NCBI GenBank assembly: GCA_024762335.1
Contig: JANTHO010000002.1
Coordinates: forward strand, 5,766-69,765
From: Acidimicrobiia bacterium
GTDB taxonomy: Bacteria; Actinomycetota; Acidimicrobiia; Spongiisociales; UBA5794
Direction of reading: 5' to 3'
Length of the DNA: 64,000 bases
Positions within the stretch are counted from its first letter, which is position 1; every line of letters starts with the position of its first letter. The notes beneath the pieces were generated by a model. The model did not search any database and had not been told where the DNA came from. It saw only the letters and a program-made list of their open reading frames with translations. Below, piece by piece: positions 22,606 through 32,318 of this stretch. Both the position numbers and the translations under genes were made by a program.

Positions 22606-23254
22606 CGCCTTCCTGACCAGGGTCCGGTCCGGAATCTCTGGAGCGACGTTGCCACCGGCACCGGAACTCGATCCGGGGCCACTCACCCCGGAGCTTGCCG
22701 ATGTCGATCTCGTGGAGCGTTTCGGCACGGTGCTTGCCACTCTCGACGGAACGCTTCACACGGGGGATCCGCGAGCGGCTATCGAAGAAATCATCGCCCA
22801 CCATGGGCCGGGTCCGCTCCTCGCGTGGGACGACGAGCATCTGCCGCTCCCCGATGCCGTCCACCGTTTCCTGCAATCCGGCTGCGCCCGGACCGACGGC
22901 GTCGTTCCGCACTCCGCCGAAAAGCGACTCACCCACCAGGGTGGCTACTTCGATGTTCTCTACGGACTGACGGGTGCAGAGGCGGGCTTCGCCGAGACCG
23001 GTTCGATCGTCGTCCGGTCGGGCCCGGGACGACCTCGTATGGCATCCCTCGTCCCCCTCGTCCATATCGCCTTGCTCCCGAGCGACCGGATCTTCCGTTC
23101 CCCGATGCACTGGCTCACCGAACACGGAGCGGACGTTGCTGCAGTGGCGAATACCGTCTACATCACCGGCCCGAGTCGTACGGCAGACATCGAGCAACGC
23201 CTCGAACTCGGCGTCCACGGCCCCCGCGAAGTGCACGTCGTCGTGATCGAGTAG
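22595..23254 (+). CDS. lutC: lactate utilisation protein C (LUD domain)
   Basis: Start at the ATG at 22595 (MERDAFLTRV…), overlapping the lutB end by 11 nt. LUD-domain-like C-terminus. Confidence 0.7.
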   Translation: MERDAFLTRVRSGISGATLPPAPELDPGPLTPELADVDLVERFGTVLATLDGTLHTGDPRAAIEEIIAHHGPGPLLAWDDEHLPLPDAVHRFLQSGCARTDGVVPHSAEKRLTHQGGYFDVLYGLTGAEAGFAETGSIVVRSGPGRPRMASLVPLVHIALLPSDRIFRSPMHWLTEHGADVAAVANTVYITGPSRTADIEQRLELGVHGPREVHVVVIE

Positions 23255-23379
23255 TCGACCCACGTCCTCTACGAGGAGATCCACTGCCGGGGGTACCGCG
23301 ATCGTGCCTCACAAGCCGTTCGCGGCGAACCTCTGTATGGGAGTTTCGCCTCTGATCGCACGAACTCGTCGCGGATAGC

Positions 23380-23748
23380 GTGTCGGCGATGCTGTTTGTG
23401 GCGACATTCGAGTTGATCGCGGGACTCGGGATCGTTGGGTTGTGGACCATGCTGTTGGTCACCCGCAGGGTTCCCGAGATTCGAGATCGGGATCGTGCCA
23501 TCTGGTTCCATCTCGCTGCCGAGTACCTGCTCGGCTTGTTGCTCATCGCATCCGGTTCCTTACTCCTCGTCGTGGGCGGCGAGCCATGGGTTCGCGTCCT
23601 CGCTGGGGTTGCGATAGGAGCGATGCTCTACTCGACGATCAACAGTCCCGGCTACTACGCGCGCGACGGGGAGTGGGGTGCGGTGGCCGGGTTCGGCGTC
23701 ATAACCGTCCTCGGCGTCGTGGCGGCCGGGCTCCTCGTCGTCGGTTGA
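23380..23748 (+). CDS. small integral membrane protein (4 TM)
   Basis: 122-aa hydrophobic ORF. No family recognised. Confidence 0.5.
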   Translation: MSAMLFVATFELIAGLGIVGLWTMLLVTRRVPEIRDRDRAIWFHLAAEYLLGLLLIASGSLLLVVGGEPWVRVLAGVAIGAMLYSTINSPGYYARDGEWGAVAGFGVITVLGVVAAGLLVVG

Positions 23749-23788
23749 CCCGACCTTCAAGAGACTCGGAACCGACCGCGACGGGCCG

Positions 23789-25330
23789 TCAGGCAGATCC
23801 CCAGCCTCCGCCGCCGGGGGTGAGGACACGGAGGCGATCGCCCGCTTCGACTTCGATCGTGCACTTGCCGGGGAGCCGCTCTCCGGCACCGTTACGGATC
23901 AGCCAGTCCTCCCCGACGGCGCCCGGTTCTCCCCCCTGAAGACCCCACGGATGAAGACGTCTGCGCTCACCCATGAGCGACACGGTCGCTCCGGTGAGGA
24001 ATTCGATCTCGCGTTCAATGCCTTCGCCGCCCGGGTATCTCCCCCGGCCACCCGAACCCTGCCGGAGCCGGTATGCGGCGATCCGGAACGGGTAGTGCGC
24101 CTCGAGCGACTCGATCGGCGTGTTCTTCGTGTTCGTCATCCCCGTATGGATCCCCGACATCCCCGCCCGTCCCGGCCGCCCACCCTGGCCACCGCCGACG
24201 GTCTCGTAGTAGGCGAAGTCGTCGTTGCCGATCAACACGTTGTTCATCGTTCCCTGGCTCGCCGCCGGCACGCGATCGGGCGCCGCCTGGGCGAGCGCTC
24301 CGAGCAGCACGTCGGCGATCCGCTGACTCGTTTCGACGTTCCCTGCGGCCACCGCCGCAGGCCGTTGCGTATCGACGATGGTCCCCGGCTGCGTTGTGAG
24401 ACTTACCGGCCGGTAGCAACCCCCGTTGGCGGGGATCGTAGGATCGGTCGCCACCCGCACCGCGTAGTAGAGGCACGACCGCGTGACCGCCTCGACGGCG
24501 TTGATGTTGCCTGCGATCTGTGGCGTCGTCCCGGTGAAGTCGGCTTCGAGGTGCCCGCCGTCGATCGTGACGGCGACCGTGATCGGGAGGTTCTCATCAC
24601 GCCACTCGAGGAAGTCGGTGAAGCGGTAGATGCCATCCGGCAGATCACCGATCGCCGAAGCGGTCCTCCGCTCCCCGTACGACAGCAATGCTGCCGTGAC
24701 GGCGTTCCACCGGTCGATCCCTTCGGATTCGACGAGGCGTCCGATCCGGAGGGCACCTGCCTCGTTCGCACCCATCTGGGCGGAGAGGTCGCCGAGACGT
24801 TCGGCCGGTGTCCTCGTCGCTGCGAGGAACGGGTCGAGGAACGAGTCGATCCATTCGCCGTTCCGGACCGCAGGAATCGGCGGTACGACGTGGCCCTCCT
24901 GTTCGACGGTCGTGGCATGCGCCGGCATCGACCCGGGTGCCTCACCGCCCACATCGGCGTGGTGGGCCCGATTCGCGACCCATGCGACGAGGGTCCCATC
25001 GGTGAAGACGGGACGGACGAGCGTCAGGTCGTTGAGATGGGTTCCACCGGCGTACGGGTCGTTGACGGCGAACTGGGTTCCCGGTTCGACGTCGGTGCCG
25101 AAACGTTCGAGAATGGCCGCCACGGAAGCCGGCATCGAACCGAGATGTACCGGGATGTGCTCGGCTTGGGCAAGCATCTCCCCGGCAGGATCGAACAGGG
25201 CGGCCGAGCAGTCGGCCCGTTCCTTGATGTTCGGGGAGTATGCAGTTCTTCGCAGCACGATGCCCATGTCGTCGGCCATCGCCTCGAGACGACTCCTCGC
25301 CACCTCCAACGTGACCGGATCGATGATCAC
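23789..25330 (-). CDS. hydantoinase B / oxoprolinase family protein
   Basis: HyuB/OplB-like (…AYSPNIKERADCSAALFD…IPVHLGSMP…). The GTG start at 25330 overlaps the hyuA stop (GTGA). Confidence 0.85.
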   Translation of the reverse strand: MIIDPVTLEVARSRLEAMADDMGIVLRRTAYSPNIKERADCSAALFDPAGEMLAQAEHIPVHLGSMPASVAAILERFGTDVEPGTQFAVNDPYAGGTHLNDLTLVRPVFTDGTLVAWVANRAHHADVGGEAPGSMPAHATTVEQEGHVVPPIPAVRNGEWIDSFLDPFLAATRTPAERLGDLSAQMGANEAGALRIGRLVESEGIDRWNAVTAALLSYGERRTASAIGDLPDGIYRFTDFLEWRDENLPITVAVTIDGGHLEADFTGTTPQIAGNINAVEAVTRSCLYYAVRVATDPTIPANGGCYRPVSLTTQPGTIVDTQRPAAVAAGNVETSQRIADVLLGALAQAAPDRVPAASQGTMNNVLIGNDDFAYYETVGGGQGGRPGRAGMSGIHTGMTNTKNTPIESLEAHYPFRIAAYRLRQGSGGRGRYPGGEGIEREIEFLTGATVSLMGERRRLHPWGLQGGEPGAVGEDWLIRNGAGERLPGKCTIEVEAGDRLRVLTPGGGGWGSA

Positions 25331-27219
25331 CAGGTCACCTCCAAAGCCCCGGTTGCCGACACGACGGCGCGTTCTCCCGGCCCGATCCAAGTGGTCGCTT
25401 CGGTCTCTTCGATCACCGCGGGTCCGGTGATCTCCGCACCGACGGCTAGTCCGGCACGGTTCCACACGCTTGCCTCCGCCGGTCCGTCCCCGGTGATCAC
25501 GGATCGAACACCGATGTGTGCATCACCTTCCGGTTGCCACCGGAACGCCACCTCCGGGTCGATCGCCGCCGTTCCCGTGACGGAGGCGCGCACCGTCACG
25601 GCCTCGATCGGATCTTCGGGTCGGGCGAATCCGTTCCGCTCCCGGTGGATGCGATGGAATCGTTCCGAGAGAGCGAGCCATCCGTCGCCGACCGTGTACG
25701 GGACGGTGACCTCATGCGATTGGCCGAGGTAGCGAACGTCGACGAGCGTCTCGAGACGCCCGTCACTCATCCGTGCCTGCGCTTCGGACCCGATGTGGCC
25801 GACGGCGTCGTCGAGACCATCGCCGTCACGGATCAGGACGCTGCGTGCGAGATCGACGCGGGGTGGGCTGAGGAGGAGGCCGGCGGCCGAGAAGATTCCA
25901 CCGTGTGGCGGAACGATCACACCGGCCATGTCGAGCGATCGAGCCAGCGCCGCGGCGTGCAGCCCTCCTGCCCCGCCGAAAGCGACGAGCCAGGCGTCTC
26001 TCGGGTCGGCACCCTGTTCGATCGAGACGGTCCGGATCGCCCCCGCCATGACCTCCTCGACGACACGGACGATGCCGAGAGCAGTCTCATCGATGGTGAG
26101 TCCGAGCGGGCCACCGAGATCTGCGAGCGCTCCGCCGGAGAGCCGTCGATCGATCGTGAGTCGACCGCCGAGCGACGCATCCGGAGCGATCCGGCCGAGT
26201 GCCACGTTCGCGTCCGTGACGGTGGCCTCCATCCCGCCTCTCCGGTAGCAGGCCGGTCCGGGTTCCGCTCCGGCACTTCTCGGTCCGACCCGAAGCGACC
26301 CACCCGGATCGATCCATCCGATGCTTCCCCCGCCGGCTCCGACGGTGTGGATCGCCGTCGACGGCATCCGACTGGGGTATCCGGCAACCGCACGCTCGTA
26401 TGCGATCTCCGGCCGCCCGTCCCGGATCCGGCAGACGTCGGTCGACGTACCGCCCATGTCGAAGGCGATCACATGGTCGCGACCGAGTGCGGCTCCGATC
26501 GCCGCTGCGGCGACGACTCCGCCGGCCGGGCCGGAGAGCAGGATCGAAGCAGGGAGCGTCGCGGCGTCGGCAGCGTCGATCAGACCGCCGGATGACCGCA
26601 TCACACCGACGGCATCGGCCAGACCTGCCGCCCGAACCCCGGCTTCGAGACGGTCGAGGTAGCGGGCAACAACGGGGGTGAGATAGGCGTTGAGTACGGT
26701 CGTGGACGTCCGCTCGAACTCCCGGAACTCGGGTGCGACCTCGCTCGAAAGGGACACGGCCACATCGGCACCCGATCGTGCGATGACTCCCCGGATCTCC
26801 TCCTCCGACGCCGGATCCTCATACGAGCGGAGCAGGCAGACGGCGACGGCACCGAAGACCCCGATGTCGATGCCGTCGAGATCGGACACGCGATCGTTGC
26901 GCGCAACGAGCGGCTGCGGCTTGTCGGCGAACGGGTCGTACAGGCTCGGCCGATCCTGACGGCCGATCTCGATCACATCCTCGAATCCGGGACTCGTGAC
27001 GAGCAGTGTGCGGGCGCCGGTGCGTTCCAGGAGCGCGTTCGTTGCCGTCGTCGTGCCGTGGAGGAACGTATCGACCCGGTCGGCAAGTTCGGCGGCACCG
27101 GCGAGGACCGCTTCGCTCTGGTCGGTGGTCGTCGTCGGCAGTTTGGCCGTTCGGATCCGGACACCGTCCCAGAAGAACAGATCCGTGAACGTGCCCCCCA
27201 CGTCAACGCCGAGAATCAC
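25327..27219 (-). CDS. hydantoinase A / oxoprolinase family protein
   Basis: HyuA/OplA-like N-terminus MILGVDVGGTFTDL. GTG start at 27219 preceded by GAGAGGAG. Confidence 0.85.
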   Translation of the reverse strand: MILGVDVGGTFTDLFFWDGVRIRTAKLPTTTTDQSEAVLAGAAELADRVDTFLHGTTTATNALLERTGARTLLVTSPGFEDVIEIGRQDRPSLYDPFADKPQPLVARNDRVSDLDGIDIGVFGAVAVCLLRSYEDPASEEEIRGVIARSGADVAVSLSSEVAPEFREFERTSTTVLNAYLTPVVARYLDRLEAGVRAAGLADAVGVMRSSGGLIDAADAATLPASILLSGPAGGVVAAAAIGAALGRDHVIAFDMGGTSTDVCRIRDGRPEIAYERAVAGYPSRMPSTAIHTVGAGGGSIGWIDPGGSLRVGPRSAGAEPGPACYRRGGMEATVTDANVALGRIAPDASLGGRLTIDRRLSGGALADLGGPLGLTIDETALGIVRVVEEVMAGAIRTVSIEQGADPRDAWLVAFGGAGGLHAAALARSLDMAGVIVPPHGGIFSAAGLLLSPPRVDLARSVLIRDGDGLDDAVGHIGSEAQARMSDGRLETLVDVRYLGQSHEVTVPYTVGDGWLALSERFHRIHRERNGFARPEDPIEAVTVRASVTGTAAIDPEVAFRWQPEGDAHIGVRSVITGDGPAEASVWNRAGLAVGAEITGPAVIEETEATTWIGPGERAVVSATGALEVTW

Positions 27220-27246
27220 GCCGCTCCTCTCGACGAACCGCGGACG

Positions 27247-27290
27247 GGAGAAGCACCTATACGCACCTGCGAGCCCTGGGTTCGCAGAGC
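27247..27290. repeat. REP-like element copy (GAAGCACCTATACGCACCTGCGAGCCCTGGGTTCGCAGAGCAC)
   Basis: Near-identical to 6044-6085. It sits in the divergent hyuA/nfu intergenic region, 20 nt upstream of the nfu ATG. Confidence 0.6.
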
Positions 27291-27309
27291 ACTAGGATCG
27301 GGGGACGAT

Positions 27310-27567
27310 ATGGCTGTAACCATCTCCAACACTCCGAACCCCAATGCGCTCAAGTTCACCGTCGGTGTCGACGTCGGCGGTCCCGCCACCTTCGTCGCCG
27401 GGAAGGAATCCGACGACGCCACGGCGTCGGCGCTCCTGGCCATCGAAGGTGTGACGAGCATCTTCATGACCGCCGATTTCGTGACGTTGTCGAAAACCCC
27501 TGCTGCGTCGTGGGACGCGATCGCACCCGCAGCAACGACGATCCTCGAGGAGCGGTTCGGGGCCTGA
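27310..27567 (+). CDS. Nfu/NifU N-terminal-domain-like small Fe-S scaffold protein
   Basis: 85-aa protein MAVTISNTPNPNALKFTVGVDVGG…VTSIFMTADFVTLSK. The track ORF 27058-27567 is over-extended upstream. Confidence 0.65.
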   Translation: MAVTISNTPNPNALKFTVGVDVGGPATFVAGKESDDATASALLAIEGVTSIFMTADFVTLSKTPAASWDAIAPAATTILEERFGA

Positions 27568-27574
27568 CGCGCCG

Positions 27575-28279
27575 TCAGGGGCGTATCCCCCGCACGATGA
27601 GCCACGGGAGGGTCTCCACCACGGGGAAGCGAGTCGGCGGCTGCAGCGACGCATCGACCCGCTCCAGCAACCGGTCGAGCGCATCTGCGTCGAGCATCTC
27701 GGTTCCGGGCCAGATCCCGGAACGAACCGCTTCAACCCCCTCGGCAGCCGATTCGATCGTCGCCATCGGCAGATCTACTTTGCTCTCGGTTACCTCACGG
27801 ATACCGGCCCGTACCGCTTCGATCCCAATCGCGTCTGCCGCGCGGAATCGCCACTCAACCTCGGCGGCGACTGCCGGTTCGAAACGGTAGAGCAGCCCGT
27901 AGCGCCTGGCGGCGGGCATCGAGCCGGTGAGCGCCTTCGGGTCGATCTCGCCGATCCACACCGTTCCACCGGGCTTGATGGTTCGAACCGCTTCCTGAAC
28001 GACCGGTTCGACACCGGCCGGCCCGTCCCATGCTGAGAGCGCCACGACCACGTCGAACGTGCCGTCCGGATAGCCGGTCGCCTCCGCCGTTGCCCCTTCG
28101 GGGACCGAAGCCACGCGCAGCGTTGCGACCTGGGGGGTCGTCGCCCCGGTCGGATCGGGAAGACGGTCGGCGAGGAACTCGGCGTACGGTCCGAGGATGA
28201 GCGTGTCGGCGCCTCTCGGAGCACCGAGGCTCTCGAGCGTGGCGAGCCAGGCGTTGCGGAGTGTTCGATCGGGTTGCAT
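27575..28279 (-). CDS. class I SAM-dependent methyltransferase
   Basis: Start at the ATG at 28279 (MQPDRTL…). MTase motifs LILGPY…, FDVVVALSAW, IKPGGTVWI. The track ORF's N-terminal extension is Arg/Ser-rich junk. Confidence 0.7.
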   Translation of the reverse strand: MQPDRTLRNAWLATLESLGAPRGADTLILGPYAEFLADRLPDPTGATTPQVATLRVASVPEGATAEATGYPDGTFDVVVALSAWDGPAGVEPVVQEAVRTIKPGGTVWIGEIDPKALTGSMPAARRYGLLYRFEPAVAAEVEWRFRAADAIGIEAVRAGIREVTESKVDLPMATIESAAEGVEAVRSGIWPGTEMLDADALDRLLERVDASLQPPTRFPVVETLPWLIVRGIRP

Positions 28280-28328
28280 GGGCGTCAGCGTAGCGAACCG
28301 TGCGCCTGCTCCGGCTACGCCTCCGGCA

Positions 28329-29171
28329 TTACGAACCGGGGATGGTGTCGGATCGCATGACGACCGGCCAGCGGTTCCCCGACCGATCTCCGATCGTGAA
28401 GACCACACGCCATTCCGGCCCGACCGCACCGGATCCCACCACCTCAGCGCTCTCGTCGAACAGGCCCGCATATTCGAGCGTCGCCGCGACCGCATCGTCC
28501 CGCGCTTCCTCGTCCGTCTTCATCCACCCCTCGATCGAGTTGTAGACGGGAGGCATGATCGGGATCGGCAAGTCTGCGATCGCCGTCTCCCCGTCCTGCA
28601 CGGCGACGAGCACCTCGACGGCCCGAACCGGTCCCCGGACGAACGAACCGTCCGGTTCCTCGGTGAGACTCCGGAAGACGACCGACACGGCGTAGCCATC
28701 GGCCGTCGGCCGCACCGCGTACGCACGTGCCCACTCCACATACGACGTGCCGCTCGCCGTCTGGCGGAACGAGTCGGGCAGGTCTGCGTCTGCAACGAAT
28801 GCGGACAACAATTCCTCCGGTATCGGCCCGTCGACGGTGAAGTAGTCGGTGACGAACCACTCGGCACGAGCGACGGCGCCGAGCTCGGCCATCGCCGGTT
28901 CGACCGCCATCAGATCGGCTTCCGAGAGCACACCGGTGGTCCTGGTGGTGATGGCTTCTGACGTGACGGGAACTGCCGTCGTGGTCGTCGAGGCGACGGG
29001 TGGAGCGAGCGTCTGCGTTTCCCCGTGTCCCGGGGCGTTGAGCCATCGGATACCAACGAATCCGATCACGACGGCAACGAGCACGCCTGCGACGATGTAG
29101 AGCGTCTTCGCCCGACCCTGCCGATGTTCGCTCAGCAGTGTGGTCCACGGGATCTCTTCATATTCATCCAT
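28329..29171 (-). CDS. membrane-anchored hypothetical protein (single N-terminal TM)
   Basis: 280-aa ORF. Its start overlaps the stop of the upstream LysM gene. TM helix LYIVAGVLVAVVIGFVGI. Confidence 0.55.
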   Translation of the reverse strand: MDEYEEIPWTTLLSEHRQGRAKTLYIVAGVLVAVVIGFVGIRWLNAPGHGETQTLAPPVASTTTTAVPVTSEAITTRTTGVLSEADLMAVEPAMAELGAVARAEWFVTDYFTVDGPIPEELLSAFVADADLPDSFRQTASGTSYVEWARAYAVRPTADGYAVSVVFRSLTEEPDGSFVRGPVRAVEVLVAVQDGETAIADLPIPIMPPVYNSIEGWMKTDEEARDDAVAATLEYAGLFDESAEVVGSGAVGPEWRVVFTIGDRSGNRWPVVMRSDTIPGS

Positions 29172-29172
29172 G

Positions 29173-29649
29173 TCATCCCTCCGGGATCACGAGTCGTTGT
29201 CCGGGGAAGATCAAGTTGGGGTTCTCACCGATCGTCGATCGGTTCGCCTCGTAGATTGCGGGCCAGAACGCCGCTATCTCTGCGCTCGATGGTCTGCTGC
29301 CCGTTCGTTCGGCGAGGACGTGGCGTGCGATGCGCCACAGACTGTCGCCGCGCTCGACGACGTATGCCGCGACCCCGGTCGTCGGCGGTGGAGCAGGGAT
29401 GTCCTCCGGTGATTCGGCAGGTTCGCCGGAGAGACGGACGATCGGGGGTGCGACCGTGGCGGTGGCCGGCCGGGGGCGGGACAGGGCGGTGAGAAGACTC
29501 GCCATCATCAGCACCGTCGCGATCGAACGAACGGGAACGGGGACGGTGATCGACGCCAGGCGGCGGCTCAGTGCCCCCGCCGTACCGATCGCACCGAATG
29601 ACAGGGCGGCGGCGGCAACAGCGGCGCAGATGACCATCGCAGGTTCCAT
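29173..29649 (-). CDS. LysM domain-containing membrane protein
   Basis: C-terminal LysM motif YVVERGDSLWRIARHVL…NPNLIFPGQRLVIP, with N-terminal hydrophobic segments. Confidence 0.75.
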   Translation of the reverse strand: MEPAMVICAAVAAAALSFGAIGTAGALSRRLASITVPVPVRSIATVLMMASLLTALSRPRPATATVAPPIVRLSGEPAESPEDIPAPPPTTGVAAYVVERGDSLWRIARHVLAERTGSRPSSAEIAAFWPAIYEANRSTIGENPNLIFPGQRLVIPEG

Positions 29650-29723
29650 ATCCGCACCGTATCGTTGACCACAAGTGACATCAATAGGGTTGATTGGAGG
29701 TATTTATCGCGCTCTGGTGCGCG

Positions 29724-30728
29724 TCATCCGCCGATGTAGGACATCTCCACTTTCGGGAGGCCGATCGACACTCCGGTCCGATCCTCGCTGTACCGATCGG
29801 TTCTGGATTCCCACACATTCGTGATGAGTTCGGTGATTTCGGCGTCGGTGGCGCCGTCTCGCAGCGGGCCGCGCAGGTCGGTGCCGTCGACTCCGAACAG
29901 GCACGTGTAGATCGAGCCGTCGGCGGAGAGCCGCAGGCGTGTGCACTCGCCGCAGAACGGTTGCGATACGGATGAGATCACACCGACCTCGCCGCCACCG
30001 TCCCGGTAGCGCCACCGATTGACGACCTCACCCGGGTAGTTCGCTTCGACCGGTTCGAGAGGCCACTCGGCGCCGATCGTCTCCAGGATCTCGCCGGCGG
30101 TGATCACATCGGTCATCTGCCATCCGTTGGACGACCCGACGTCCATGTACTCGATGAACCGGACGATGTGCCCGGTACCGCGGAAGGCTCGTGCCACATC
30201 GAGGATCGAACCCTCGTTGAGTCCGCGCCGCACGACCGTGTTGATCTTGATCGGTGTGAGACCGGCTTCGTTCGCGGCTTCGATCCCTTCGAGCACCCGC
30301 GCAACGGGGAAATCGACATCGGCTGCCAATCGGAACAGGGCGTCGTCGATCGCGTCCAGACTCACGGTGATCCGGTCGAGACCCGCAGCAGCCAGCGCAG
30401 GGGCGTGGCGGGCGAGGATGCTCCCGTTCGTCGTCAGAGCGATGTCTCCGATCCCTTCGATCCCGGCGATCATCTCGACGAGGCTCGGAAGGTCGTGCCG
30501 CAGCAACGGTTCGCCGCCTGTGAGCCGAACCTTCTCGACCCCGAGATCGGCGAAGATGCCGACGAGCCGCTCGATCTCCTCGAACGTCAGGATCTCCTCG
30601 CGGGGGAGGAACGCATGGTCCCGCCCGTATGCGTCGCGCGGCATGCAATACGTGCATCGGAAGTTGCAGCGGTCCGTCACGGACACGCGGAGGTCACGCA
30701 GTGGTCGTCCGAGGGCGTCGATCAGCAT
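29724..30728 (-). CDS. moaA: GTP 3',8-cyclase (molybdenum cofactor biosynthesis protein A)
   Basis: Radical SAM motif CNFRCTYCMP and the C-terminal Cys cluster CGECTRLRLSADG. Full-length MoaA homology. Confidence 0.9.
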   Translation of the reverse strand: MLIDALGRPLRDLRVSVTDRCNFRCTYCMPRDAYGRDHAFLPREEILTFEEIERLVGIFADLGVEKVRLTGGEPLLRHDLPSLVEMIAGIEGIGDIALTTNGSILARHAPALAAAGLDRITVSLDAIDDALFRLAADVDFPVARVLEGIEAANEAGLTPIKINTVVRRGLNEGSILDVARAFRGTGHIVRFIEYMDVGSSNGWQMTDVITAGEILETIGAEWPLEPVEANYPGEVVNRWRYRDGGGEVGVISSVSQPFCGECTRLRLSADGSIYTCLFGVDGTDLRGPLRDGATDAEITELITNVWESRTDRYSEDRTGVSIGLPKVEMSYIGG

Positions 30729-30767
30729 GGTCGAAGGCTACCGACCTGCGGGTCCCTGCGGGACGGT

Positions 30768-31883
30768 TCAGCGGGCGAGGTCGAGGAACTCGTTCCTGGT
30801 TCGCGGATCGGTAATGAACGTTCCGCGCATGGCGCTCGTCACCATGGCGCTCTCCTGTTTCTGTACGCCGCGCATCATCATGCACAGATGCCGTCCCTGC
30901 ATGGTGACCGCGACGCCGTGCGGATCGAGAATGTCGATGAGCGCATCGGCGACCTGGTTCGTGAGCCGCTCCTGGACCTGGAGCCGTCGCGCGAACACGT
31001 CGACGATGCGGGCGACCTTCGAGAGACCGATGATCTTGCCCTTCGGGAGATAGGCAACGGCCGCTTTGCCGAAGAAGGGCAGCATGTGGTGTTCGCACAT
31101 CGAGTAGAACTCGATGTCTTTGACGAGCACCATCTCGTCTGCTCCTTCGGCATCGAACACGGCGTCGTTGACGACCTCCTCGAGTGACGTGGAGTAGCCG
31201 CTGGTCAGGAAGTCCATCGCCTTGGCCACACGAAGCGGTGTGCGGACGAGCCCTTCGCGATCGGGATCCTCGCCGATCTCGACAAGTTGCTCGCGCACGA
31301 GTCCTTCAAACCTGGGGGCGTAGACGTCGACGACGTCGTCGAAGTCCTCCGGCGCCCGGGGTGTGTACGGGGAGTTGAGGTGAATCGCCATGACGGGTCG
31401 AACCTCTCCCCGGCCGATTTGTTCCGCGATCTCCGAGACGGTCCGCCCGTCTGCGGGATGCACCCAGTCCGGTGCGACCTCCGCGATCGGGATCGCAACG
31501 TGTGGTTCGGTGATCGCCGCAGGGTCGGGAATCCGCCACCCATCGAGATCGAATTCACTGTCGCCGTAGTAGGCGATATCGAGATCGATCCTCCGCGGCG
31601 CATCCGGATCGTCGCCCCGTTCGCGCCCGAGGACGGCTTCGATTCCTCGCAGCACTGCTCGGAGTCCTTTCGGATCCAGTTCCGTGCAGACGAGAGCCGC
31701 CGCGTTGAAGAAGTCCGGGGCTCCCGCCGGACCGCCGACCGAAGGGCTCTCGTAGAAGCCACTCACGTTCTCCACCCGGACGTGCTCTGCTCTTCGGAGC
31801 ATCCGGATCGCCTCGGGGAGGTTCCGCTCCCGCTCGATGTTGGACCCGAGCACGATGATCGCCCGGGCTGTTCCTTCACGCAT
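30768..31883 (-). CDS. bifunctional 6-hydroxymethyl-7,8-dihydropterin pyrophosphokinase (FolK) / GTP cyclohydrolase I (FolE) fusion
   Basis: N-terminal HPPK ([22 protein letters not shown]…). C-terminal GTP cyclohydrolase I (…[22 protein letters not shown]…[14 protein letters not shown]…). Start at the ATG at 31883, preceded by GAGGGGAG; it overlaps the folB stop by 8 nt. Confidence 0.85.
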   Translation of the reverse strand: MREGTARAIIVLGSNIERERNLPEAIRMLRRAEHVRVENVSGFYESPSVGGPAGAPDFFNAAALVCTELDPKGLRAVLRGIEAVLGRERGDDPDAPRRIDLDIAYYGDSEFDLDGWRIPDPAAITEPHVAIPIAEVAPDWVHPADGRTVSEIAEQIGRGEVRPVMAIHLNSPYTPRAPEDFDDVVDVYAPRFEGLVREQLVEIGEDPDREGLVRTPLRVAKAMDFLTSGYSTSLEEVVNDAVFDAEGADEMVLVKDIEFYSMCEHHMLPFFGKAAVAYLPKGKIIGLSKVARIVDVFARRLQVQERLTNQVADALIDILDPHGVAVTMQGRHLCMMMRGVQKQESAMVTSAMRGTFITDPRTRNEFLDLAR

Positions 31884-32247
31884 CTTCTTCTCCCCTCGTT
31901 CTGTGAATCGTGATCCCCACGGATCGGGCATGCCGGAGCGCTCCCGGCTTCTCGACCGTCATCTCGACAGCAGCGACACGATCGTCGGATGCGAAGCACA
32001 TCTCGGCGAGTTCCGCGACAAGACGTTCGACGAGCATCGGCTCTCCCTCTTCGATGTGGGCGATGAGGCGCTTCGTGATCGTCCGGTAGTTGACGGCGTC
32101 GCCGATGTCGTCGCTGGCAGCAGCCGGTCGGGTGTCGGCCCACAGCGTCGCGTTGACGAGGATGTCCTGCCGGTTGATCCGTTCCTCCGGGTTGATCCCG
32201 AGAATCCCCGACACAACGAGATCCCGAATGTGTATCTCATCCAACAT
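31876..32247 (-). CDS. folB: dihydroneopterin aldolase
   Basis: Start at the ATG at 32247 ([23 protein letters not shown]…), typical FolB. The 285-aa track ORF is an upstream over-extension through the tandem repeat. Confidence 0.85.
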   Translation of the reverse strand: MLDEIHIRDLVVSGILGINPEERINRQDILVNATLWADTRPAAASDDIGDAVNYRTITKRLIAHIEEGEPMLVERLVAELAEMCFASDDRVAAVEMTVEKPGALRHARSVGITIHRTRGEEDA

Positions 32248-32248
32248 C

Positions 32249-32318
32249 TTGCCCCTTGCCTCTTGCCTCTTGCCTCTTGAATCTTGACTCTTGATTCTTG
32301 ACTCTTGACTCTTGCTTC
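32249..32318. repeat. heptanucleotide tandem repeat, about 10 units of TTGNCTC (TTGCCTC x3, TTGAATC, TTGACTC, TTGATTC, TTGACTC x2, TTGCTTC)
   Basis: Read directly. The repeat fills the whole interval between the SDR stop (32319) and the folB ATG (32247). On the mRNA strand it reads AGAGTCA…AGAGGCA AGAGGCA AGGGGCAAG-ATG. Confidence 0.8.
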
